From Balamuthia mandrillaris (lineage: Eukaryota): a DNA stretch of 64,000 bases. Within the stretch, counting starts at the first letter, position 1, and each line of letters starts with the position of its first letter. The notes under the pieces were generated by a model that was not told the DNA's origin, did no database searches, and was given only the letters and a program-made list of their open reading frames with translations. Below, piece by piece: positions 36,001 through 46,258 of the stretch. A program made the translations under genes and the position numbers. The stretch lies in the NCBI GenBank assembly GCA_031835245.2, contig JAVKOQ020000036.1, positions 124,001 to 188,000 of the forward strand, in the 5' to 3' direction.

Positions 36001-38936
36001 AAAGAGGATAGGAAAGATGTCGACATAGAGACCCGTGTTCAATCCATAAGTGACACAAACATTCCACAAACGAATACTCTCTATGAAGAGAAGTTGATGA
36101 ACATCTCTTGCGTTTGTTGTTTCTTCTTCTTCTTTTTTGTTGCTGGTGGAGATGACAATGAACCGCTTCGTACAATCGATCAATCCATCACGGCTAAGAG
36201 TGAAAGCGACGGTGCGATCGGCTTGACAAAGAACGCGAACAAGTTTTATGGCCGATGGTAATGGAGTTCCATAATAGACATCGTTGCCTTCAGACTGTTC
36301 TTCTTGGCTAGCAAATGGAGATACTTCGATGAATTCTTTTCGAAGAACCTCTATCAAACGTGGACACTATTTAATTTTATTAGGCGAGATAAGTTAATAA
36401 AAAATATTGAATGGACAAAAATGAAAGCCAGAGAGAGAGAGAGAGAACCTGAAATACAGCTCTGGCAGCAGCAACAGAATGTCTTGCTATACGTATGAGG
36501 ATTTCTAGGATAAGGGGAACAACAGTAGGAATCCGAACAACCTCCAAAATATACCTTTTTAAACAAAACAGTCGCATTAGAAGAAATGATTGAAGTAGGA
36601 GGGTAAGTAAACGCACCGCAATCGCGACAATAGTCGCATTCGTAAGACAGCATGAATAACATCCTTTTCCGCCAAGTCGACATCCTTTTCGAGGTCCACG
36701 TTGACTTCCTCCTTTATATCAAAACTAAGATCAAGAGTTGTCGATGAAGAGTGGCCATCATGGTCATAACTTTCGAATGTAGTGTCATATGGATTTGGAG
36801 CCAAAGGAAAAGTCTCAAGACCTCCATACCATTCGCAAAACTGATCCAATATTCGTTCTTCTATTTTTTGTTTCCCGGTCCAACAAAATCAGACCAAAGA
36901 AACGGCACAAGGAGGAGAACAAGAAGAAAAGAAGTACCTAGAGGATCACACAGGAGCGCGTGAAGAGCTCGTACAGCGCTAGCCAAAACGTTGGTATTCT
37001 TATCGTCCAACGCCATTCTCAACAGCAACGGCATTCTTGGATTCATTTCGTGCAACACGAATCGTTGAAGCAGCATTCTTGAGGAATTATCCTCTTTTGC
37101 CTGTGTACTCCTCATTTGTCTCAAAATCTCTGAGAAAGTATTCAAAGCGATAACACGTTGAGAGGCGACTTGACTTCTGCTCAACAAGACAAGTTCTTCG
37201 ATAGTGTATCCAGCTTTCTCTGGCTCTTTGCCGTGATGATGCAATGCTGCATGAGTCGGAACGTCTTGCTTTCTTCTCATTTCTTCTTCTTCGCTCATAT
37301 CTGGTCGCCATAAAACATTTCCTCCAAAGTCGAATCGCCAACAAGCAACTCCAAATGTTGGTGCTGATGAAGAAGAGGAAAAAGAGAGAGTAGCGGTTTT
37401 GTCATCTATGTTTCCTATCCACTCTTCCTTTTCTGGTTCTCTTTCAGGAAGCGGAGAAATTGTAGTTGGTTTGGTTTGGAGTTCTTGTTTGATTCTTTGT
37501 TCTATTTCTTTCTTAGAGGGCCATTTTTGACGTACTTGTTGTTGCAATTGTTCACTTATTCTGCTTGCTTTGAAGGGACGATGATTCTTTACCGTTTTTG
37601 TTGTTTGTTCTTCTTGCGATGATGACCTCTTTCTCCCAAGGGGTATCAATTCCACTACATCTGGAGAAGGTGCCTTCACATCTAGATCTCGTTCAACCTC
37701 TCGTTCTTCTTCAAAGCCTGCTCTCTGGAGTTCCATTGATCCAACAACATCTTTGCCCTTTTCTTGTTCTGCTTCTTCCTCGTTTACTTCTTCTATTACT
37801 ACGTTCATACTCTCTTCGTTTCTCTTTTGTTCATTTTCGGCTTTGCTGAGGTTTCGCGAAAACAAAGAAGAAGAAGAAGAAGAAGAAGAAGAAGAAGAAC
37901 AAGAAGCAGCAGCAGCAATGTTCCGGTTTTGACCTCGTTTCTTCAACAGAGCGACTAATGCAGGGTCGAAGGAGCGTGCTATCTCTTCTTTGGCTTGTTC
38001 TATTTCTTCAGCGGACATTGTGGACAACGTTTTAGCTGTTTCTTTGCGAACTTCTTCCATCATACCTCCTTCATTCCTTGGTGTCACGAAAGAAGATGAG
38101 GACACCTTGTTTTGTTCTTTTACTGTTGCAACGTTTTTCTTCGTCATTACTGCTGTTGAGCGGTGTTTTGGTTGTTGCTGACGAAAGGCAGAACGATGGA
38201 GTACTTCTGGAAATCCGGTGCGAGGAGAGGAGAGGAGAGACGGTGGAGGAGCGAATGAAAAGGAGGAAGCGTCTCTCTCTACGATGTTTGTGAGTACTGT
38301 AAACAAGTCATCCTTAGCGTCTTGTTCTGATGTGTTTTCAGGATTAGCAAGAAAAGAGAGAATGAAGAAGAGAAAAAGCAGAGGGCGAGTGAAGGGATGA
38401 GCGAGAGGAAAGAAGGAGAGCAAAGAATCAGATAAACAGAGGAGAAAGGAGCAGAAAGAAGAGAAGAGGGCAGAGAGGTACCTTCCAAACGTTGCATTAC
38501 TTCGGCGTCCGTCTCCGCGACAGGTTCTGCCTCTCGTCGGCCTCGTCGCTGCTGCGCAAAGCGAGAGGCGGTGGAGCCCTGTCCCCTCCTCCCTGACATA
38601 GGATGAGCGGCAGGACTCAAGCTGGGTGGCAACACAGGCAGCTCTCCCAACGAGACGACATCCTTTTCCACCACCACTTCCTCTGTTTAACCACTAGTGT
38701 GAGGGAAGAAAGATTGTAGCAAAGAGAATAAAACAAAGAGAGAACCAACCAGAATGTTGTGATGCTGAAGAAGAAGAGGCGGAGGAGGAAGAGGGAGGTG
38801 AAGGGTTGATGCGCTTCACAGTGGCGGCAGCTCGCTCGCCAGAGCGAAGGAACTGCTGCTGGTAGCGAATGAGATCCTCCTCTGTGGTTTGATTTCTGAG
38901 TGCCTCTCGCTTGGATGGATGTTGTTGACCTGACAT
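33082..38936 (-). CDS. RPAP1: RNA polymerase II-associated protein 1 (RPAP1/Rba50/MINIYO)
   Basis: N-terminal TEEDLIRYQQQFL; RPAP1_N motif LSTMSAEEIEQAKEEI..FDPALVALLKKR; RPAP1_C motif WRFDFGG...ALHHHGKEPEKAGYTIEELVLLSRSQV..QR; C-terminal LLDQFQSVSFGHKVFA and LYWIAVHHL. Confidence 0.92.
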
Positions 38937-39196
38937 GTAGCGACAGCGGCGTGTTGTGTGTTTGTTGCACCTGTTCTCTCTCTTTTGTTTTATTCCAATG
39001 GATTTGTGATCTGCTTTTCTCTCTTGCACTCCTTTTCTTTTCTTTTTCTTTTGTTCGTATCGAAATATTTCACAAATTATCATCGAAATGAACGAATATT
39101 TCGTCCATTTTTCACGTCGTCATGAGATTTATACGTGACGACACGAGCCGTTCCGATCGACAATTCCATCAACTTTTATCGTAACTTTTGCCGCAA

Positions 39197-40027
39197 CTAA
39201 CAACAGGAAGAAGAACCAGAGGTGACGGAAGGTTGTGATGCCGAAGAAGAAGAAGAAGAAGAAGAAGACGAGGAGGAAGAAGACTGTGCGACGGTGCCAC
39301 TTCCACAACCGACAAACAACCCGAAATGAGTGGATCGGTCTCCGATGACCGTAAAGTGGGGTGCTAGCCGCGTCTTTGCCAGCATCGAGCATGTATTGCC
39401 ACAAACAGGCACGACCTTGCCTTTGGCGAAGACGTGGTTTTGATCCAACACAAACTCGTTGCTGCAACTTTGGATGGTCCCTTTGTAGATGACGGCTTGG
39501 CCATAGTCCTCGCATGCTGGTTCCAGGTCATCCAGTTTGAAGAGTCTGTATGTGCTGGAGAAGAACTTAATGTGGCCTTTTTTTTTTCCATCCATGAGTC
39601 ATCAAAACAGTCATCGGCAACGTTCGTGAAACACAAAGAACAGCACAAACATCAATGAACACAAACCAAGTTTCTCTTCCAACCGTGCATTGCCAAGGGA
39701 AAGGACCCTATCCTCCACTAAGCGAGGGTCGCCAAAACCGACTCCTCTGGCCATCCACAAAAAGTCGTTGCGGTAAAGGGCACCGCTGAGGCACTCTCCC
39801 CAAAGCACTGGATCTTTTTGAAGGGGCTCGGGGACTCTTCGGTCCGCGTAGACGTCCGAGAAGTAGAGCTCTCCGCCAGGTTTGAGGAGGCGGTGGGCCT
39901 CCCGCAGGACCGCTCGTTTGTCTGGACAAAGATTTATCACACAATTCGAGCTGTATGTTGGTTGTGTCCGTTGAGTTCAGCAGTTTAAGAAGGAGAGAAG
40001 AGAGGAGAAGAGGAGCAGAGAGAGAGA

Positions 40028-40062
<35 letters not shown>

Positions 40063-40565
40063 CATGGAGGATGAGAGGGAAAGTAGGAGAGAAGGGCATA
40101 CATGATGAGGTCGAAACTTTCATCCTCAAAGCCAAGTTCATCCAACTTCTCAATGAAGCCCAACTTGAACTCCACATTGGGCTTGTCATAGCCAAACGCC
40201 TTGGTGTGGTACTCCACGTGCTGCTTGGCCACTTTGACCTGATTGTAGGTCATGTCCACGCCCACGACGTGCCCCTCCGCTCCCACCAGCTTGGACAGGA
40301 TGAAGCAGTCCTGCCCGCTGCCCGAGCCCAGGTCCAGGACGCGAAGGCCTCTCAGCAGCTCGACGTCGGCGGGGACGGTGAGGCCGCAGCCGTAGAACTT
40401 GCTCCGCACCTCGTCGTGGATGAGGGAGAGGGCCTCACGAATGGGAGCAGGGGGACGCTGCTTGCCCCCAGAGGGCACGCAGCAGGCATTGGTCTGGAGG
40501 TCCCGGTTGTCGGTGAGGCGCTCCCCGTAGTATTCCTGCACGCTGCTACGCTTTTCTTGCTCCAT
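39197..40565 (-). CDS. AS3MT: Arsenite methyltransferase (AS3MT/ArsM)
   Basis: Exons 40565-40102, 39950-39667 and 39576-39197 total 1128 nt. Motifs: VQEYYG..L...DLQTNACC, KFYGCG, VLDLGSGSGQDC, ISNCVINL, LKPGGELYFSDVY, LWGECLSGAL, EPACEDYGQ. Confidence 0.95.
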
Positions 40566-40985
40566 GCTGTGGGTGTTTATTCGTGTCGACACGAAGAGTG
40601 TTATCCTAAATAAGTAAATTATGCCAAAAATTTGGGGAATGCATAAAAGAGAGAAAGAAGCAGAGAGAGGGAAAACAAAACGGGGTGGTTTGCCGTGGGA
40701 GGTTCCAGCTTGCAAAAATGAATATGACCGCCGCGAAGAAGTATACAAGCAATCTGGAAAAGGGTGAGCTCGGGAGAAAGGAGTAAAAAAATAGTGTGCA
40801 GTCGTAGCAATCGGGGAGAAAGAAAGATATGGCCATCCATATGGGTAGGAGGATGTGGGATGTAAGAAGTTAAACACCGGAAATAGGAGCGTTGCAGGGG
40901 TCGTGTTGTGGAGCGCTCTCAATGTGGCATACAGCGGTGCCCCACGTTGCGTCACGGCGATGCCTGCCTGTGCACTCTATTTTAT

Positions 40986-41481
40986 TTATTCATACCAATT
41001 GTACCACGCATTATCGTTTGTGTTTCTTTCTTGTTGCATGTCAGCTCTTTCTTTTGGTTCCTCCTCTATGATACAACGCCGTTCACTTTCGGCTTCAGGA
41101 ATGGGATTGTAAGACTCGAGCCCCTCTTCCGAGTCTTTCAATTGCTCAATGTGTGCGCGACAGTAAGGGCAGACCGGACGGGACCAACCCAGAAAGCAAC
41201 CCCTGCAAACGGCGTGGCGGCAAGGTACCATCAGCAGGTCCGACACGTGTTCCAGGCAGATCCCACACGCATGCTCTCCATCATCGGCAATCTTTTTGTT
41301 CCACGTTTCTTCTGCTCTTTGCTGACAACTTTGTTAGTCCGAGTCCAGCTATTTTGTTTGGGGAAGAAGAAAAAATGGCCACCTTCAAGTGGTTCAGGTC
41401 GTTCGGGTCCCTTCGTTGTTGTTGTTCATCATTTTTGCTATCAACAAAGTAACTGGCGAAATAAGACAAATAGGCTCCCAT
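40986..41481 (-). CDS. Small C3HC4 RING-finger protein (144 aa), predicted N-myristoylated E3 ligase
   Basis: Exons 41481-41383 and 41321-40986, with a CTAAC branch point just upstream of the acceptor. RING motif CGICLEHVSDLLMVPCRHAVCRGC...CPYCR. The N-terminus MGAYLS fits MGxxxS. Confidence 0.8.
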
Positions 41482-41768
41482 TTTGTGGAGTGGAACGACC
41501 ATACTGATGGTGCCAGGATGCGTTGGCCACTCGTTGAATCTTTGTCTTTGTATTTTTTTTTTCAAGCAAAAGAGATAATAATTAGGTAGTTGTGTCTTGT
41601 GCCCGGTTAGTTTCCCTCCAATCAGAGGAGGCTGTTGGGCAATTGTGTCCTGGACAGGGGAACACCTTTGTTCATCCCTACTCACTTCCAGCAGAAGCTC
41701 CAACGCCTTCCTCTATTCCCTTCAACGCAAAACACCAGAAAACCAGACAAACATACTTTGAGTGGGAA

Positions 41769-42256
41769 ATGCAGAATCCCTCTGGCAGCACTCTAATGCA
41801 GAAAATGGAGGCGGTGAAAATGGTGTTGGACATGTTCAACACGTTGGTGAGGGACTGCCCGGAGGCAGCCAAGGCCGTGGGCCAGTTCCTTCAACGGGTC
41901 TTGGAGAGGCTTGGCTTCGTGAAAGTGGCTGTGGCCACCCTTTGCGGTGTGGCTGGAGGGTTAAAATTCGGACCAATTGGTGCAGCGGTGGGCGCACTAG
42001 GAGGATATGTCGTTGGCCTTATTATTGATGGGGTTCGAAAATATTTCTTCTGGTTTGTTATGTTCTCTCCCTTCTCCCTTCTCTTTCAGATTTCTGACCT
42101 CTTCATCGCAGTAACAAGAAGCCCACTGTAGAAAAGTTTATTAGTGAGGCGACAAAGGAGTTCGTCTGCTCTGAACCAGAGCAACAAGAACAGGTTTGTG
42201 ACCTGTTGCGTGCTCTTTTGGATAGTTGTGAAAACGCAAAAACCAAAAAAAACTGA
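41769..42256 (+). CDS. Small glycine-zipper membrane-associated protein (142 aa)
   Basis: Exons 41769-42052 and 42112-42256 total 429 nt. Hydrophobic segment VAVATLCGVAGGLKFGPIGAAVGALGGYVVGLII contains repeated GxxxG. Confidence 0.65.
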
Positions 42257-42315
42257 TTGAACCAGTTTGCTTGTTTGTGATCACTTTACTCACATGGACG
42301 AAGAAAAAGAAGAAG

Positions 42316-42360
<45 letters not shown>

Positions 42361-42543
42361 TGAAGAAGGCAAAGCCGGGCTCAAAGCTAAACGTCGGAAA
42401 TGTCTGTCGGTTCTGTCGATAATCCATGAAAATCATTAAAAAAATTATAGTTTTTTCCATGTCGTCCCGAATATTATTTCAACGAAAAATCGAACACCAA
42501 AAAAAAAACTCTTCGCATAAAACACAAAAAAAACGAGGCCTCG

Positions 42544-43486
42544 ATGCAAGAGGTGGAGGGAGCGGCTCCGTTGCTTTGCGAACTGCCCTCCGAGGTCCTC
42601 GTCCACATCTTTTCGTTCCTGCCTCCCAAAGCCTCAGCAACGGTCCTTCCGTTGGTTTGTTCTCGCTTTCATGATCTTTACCAAGAAAACACGGTTTGTT
42701 TGTTTGTTCATCTTTTTCTTCATCTCTCGAGGAGGCCTTAAGCGTGTTTATTTATTTTTTTAATTTTTAAAAGCTTTGGCGAAAGTACTGCGAGAAAACA
42801 TGGGACCGCTTGCATCCGGTGAAAGAACGGCCGCAAGCTTGGAAAAACTACTTTCGAGCCCGCTCTGAAAGTAAGTTCTCGTTCTTTTTTTTTTTGTTTT
42901 TATTTTGGTAAACAAAAAAATAACAAAAAATAACAAAAAAATAACAAAACAAAAAATAAACAAAAAATAAACAAAAAATAACAAACTAAAACCCAAAAAA
43001 CTTAAACAAAAAATAACAAAAAAAAACATCCCAAAAAAAATAAATAAACATAAAGCGCTGCAACTTTTGATCACTCTCCGAACGGACTGTCAGTTCATTG
43101 CAAGGGTCAGTCGCTATGACGGCGTGGAGGCACTGTACAACATCGTTTCGGCGCAGCTGGGAACTGAGCTGGGCGCTCGACAAAGCTTGGTGATCGATCA
43201 ACTTGGAAAAGCTCTGCGATACAACACTCGAATAGGTGACTATCCAATTCATAATGGTTTGTACTTGCGTTCTTTTTTTCGGCTTTATCTTCTTGTTCTT
43301 GTTCTTGTTCTTCCTTCTAGCCTCTTGCTTCGTTCTTCTTCTTTCTTTTTTCTTCTTTCGTCTGCTTCCTCCTTCATCTTCTGTGTTGTTTGATGTTGGA
43401 GATGTGCTCTAAAATGAAGTGATTTTTTTTTAAAAAAAAAACAAACGACAGGTAGCTCGTTGACGTTACGGGGCAGTCTGTTTTGA
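42544..43486 (+). CDS. F-box protein with C-terminal ubiquitin-like domain (160 aa)
   Basis: Exons 42544-42693, 42774-42870, 43056-43256 and 43452-43486 total 483 nt. F-box LCELPSEVLVHIFSFLP....LVCSRF...LWRKYC. The C-terminal part, LQLLITL...GKALRYNTRIGDYPIHNGSSLTL, follows the ubiquitin pattern. Confidence 0.8.
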
Positions 43487-44157
43487 ACATTCTTTGTTTT
43501 TCTCACTTATCTCGTTATCTTCTTGTTTATATAACCTTTTTATTCCTGTGCTTCTCTTTCATCATTTCAGATTCGTCGTTTCTCCTTCATCATTTTTTCT
43601 CTTTCGTTGCGTCTCTTTCATCCTTTTTCTCTGTCAGCGTTCCTCATTCTCTTTCACTTTCCTATCACTGAGTTCTTCATGTATGCATCCCATGTTTCCT
43701 CTGCCACGAAAGGTCATCTCTCTTGTTTGCTTGTTCTTAGTTGAAGCGTCGTTTGTCGACATAAAAACAACAGTTTTCCTCGTGTCGACACAACAATTTT
43801 TCATGACGACATTGAAAAACGTGTACCCTCCATTTTGGTGGGGCGGAGAAGCGACGGAGAACACAGAGGCATTCCACAACGAGGTTACGGCAGAGCGAGA
43901 GCAAAACATGTTGAGTTGGAGTGCCAACTTTGTTGTAAGGCCCACATCACATCACAGAGAGAGATAGAGCGGTGATTGCTGAGCGTATGTATGGTTCTAC
44001 ACGTAAACTCGCTGTAAGTTTGCATTAGAACTCGGTCGTTGTATTGGCCGCCCTCCACACAACCCTTCGTGTTCAAAACAATAATATGTAAACGTATAAA
44101 TAGTGCGTCCCTTCCTCCTTACCTCTTAAGCTTCCCAAACAATCGACGACACGCACA

Positions 44158-44773
44158 ATGACCACCACCACCAAATCGACTCTCTTTGCGCTCTTCCTCA
44201 TCGGCCTCTTCTGCTGTACGTTTCCCCCTTTCTTTTCTCATGCGGCTCAACTGATCCCCATTCCCCAATATAGTCCAAGCTGTGGTTGCCCAAGAAGAAA
44301 CCGCAACGGCTGAAGGAGGAGACAAACCGGAATGTCCCGCTGACTCTGGAGCCACTCCCATGGGCACGCTCCACCTGGTCATTGTGGCTCCCAACGGCGA
44401 GCTGGTCTTCCAGCCCAACACCCTCACCGTTTCCCCCGGAGATACCGTCATGTGGCTCTGGGATGCCGACGGGCACAACGTGGACCAAATCACTGGGTCC
44501 GAAACCTGCGAGGAGCCTTCTACCCTGCTGCTGGAAAGTCCCATCAGCAACCGAGGCTACAACTACCGCTACGTGGTGAGGGAGGAGGACGTGGACACCA
44601 CCATCTTCTACAAGTGTGACCCCCACTGCGATGAGGGCATGCGTGCCCAGCTGAACGTTGTGGCCAGGAGCCCTGAGGGCGAGTTCCCTCTGACCGCGCC
44701 GAACTGCTTTCCCGAGATGATGGACGGAGAAATGATGGCCGGCGAAGAGGGCGAGATGGGTCAAGTCTCCTAA
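44158..44773 (+). CDS. Secreted type-1 (blue) copper protein, plastocyanin/azurin-like cupredoxin
   Basis: Exons 44158-44215 and 44274-44773. Signal peptide, then LVFQPNTLTVSPGDTVMW, GHNV (His ligand) and YKCDPHCDEGM (Cys, His and Met ligands). TATAAATA lies at about 44095. Confidence 0.88.
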
Positions 44774-44865
44774 AAGTGAACAGAGTGGGTTCCGAAAGCC
44801 TCAATCTCTCTCTCCCTCTGCTCTTTCTCTTTGCGCCAATAAAAAAATTAAATTTAAAAAGTGAT

Positions 44866-44938
44866 CGCCCTCCGTGGGGCTCGAACCCACGACCACAAGA
44901 TTAAAAGTCTTGCGCTCTACCGACTGAGCTAGGAAGGC
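44866..44938 (-). tRNA. tRNA-Lys (anticodon UUU)
   Basis: GCCTTCCTAGCTCAGTCGGTAGAGCGCAAGACTTTTAATCTTGTGGTCGTGGGTTCGAGCCCCACGGAGGGCG is 73 nt with a full cloverleaf, A and B boxes and no encoded CCA. A T5 Pol III terminator lies just downstream. Confidence 0.97.
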
Positions 44939-45178
44939 TTGTTGAACTAGAGTTCTCTTAAATGAATTATCGACTTTTCAGCAGCTCTGCGCTATTCACT
45001 TGAGGGTGTATTATTTTTGGTGATTCTATCTAGTCTCGAGGCCCCTGGGACCATGGCTTTGGAGACTTTGGAAGGGCCTGCTAATGATAAAGGAGGGAGG
45101 TTGGTGGCGTTGGCGAAAGGGGCATTGGAAGAGGAGGGAGGTTGGAGCTGATGAGAAAGTTGGCAATGGTTTTACTAC

Positions 45179-46057
45179 TTAGTTGGGTTTGTACTGACGG
45201 ACGAGGTTGGAGAGCAAAAGGCCACGGCTGCGGTTCATTTGTTTCTTGAACTCTGGCGCACGGAAGGAAGCGCGTGCTGCGTTCATCACTTTTTTTTTGT
45301 AGATGCGTTAAGAAGTAACAAAACAAAACAAAACAAACGACAAAGTGTAAAAGTACCTTTTTCGTGGATAAACGCCCGAAGCAATTCTGGGTCTTCGAAG
45401 ATGGGCGGATTTGGCAATGGAGGACCAAAGAAAGGAACGGCTTCTCTGGGAAGAACTGCCACCCGATATATGAACTTTGTTGTTGCCTTTTCTTCCTCTG
45501 TTTGTTCGGTTGTCACAGCGGTTGCGTGCACCACAATAAACACCTCTATTTAAAAAAAATGAGTGAAGGATAATAGCAAAGTTAAGAGAAGAGAAGAGGT
45601 GTAGCAAAAAAAAAAAAAAAAAGAAAAAGAAAAAGGATACGAATATATTTGGAGGTGATGATGCGAGGATTGAACGGAGTGGTGCCATCATGGAAGACAA
45701 TGACCACAGAGTCATTTCCCAAGTGTCGTTTTCGTTCTATCTGTTGTGGATCTCGTGAACTGTGTGGCAACATCTGACAAACATGAAACCTATAAGCAGG
45801 GAATGAGAAGAATTATGAGTTTTGCATTCTGGCGAGAAGAAGGAAACTTTAAAGAACGGAAGGATAAAAGTACATGATAGGATGCTTCTTTTGTCTTGCA
45901 TAGTCTATCCATTCATAATATACAGAGTGTGTCCCAGTTTGATTATCTTTGTTGTGTTTTATTTATAGAGTTGAAAAGCATAATTAGACTACTTGTGGAA
46001 AGAGAATGAAGAGAAGCAGAGAAGCAGAGAAGCAGAGAAGCAGAGAAGAGAGAGAGA

Positions 46058-46088
<31 letters not shown>

Positions 46089-46224
46089 GTTGAATATACA
46101 TTTAACATCTAAGCCAGCAGCATAACCTTCCCATCCTTGAAGCGCGATTGTGTCTCCCAAAATATTCAAAAAAGCCTGGTAGGCCTCCGGAATATCCACT
46201 ATTTTTCAGATGATTAGCTGAGGG

Positions 46225-46258
<34 letters not shown>

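Noticed and set aside
42112..42256. Saposin/amoebapore-like domain in the glycine-zipper protein
   Set aside because: Only a partial Cys pattern is present; the six-Cys spacing and a signal peptide are absent.
44780..45080. tRNA-targeted mobile element or SINE at tRNA-Lys
   Set aside because: The tRNA is intact with its own terminator; there is no target duplication, element body or second copy.
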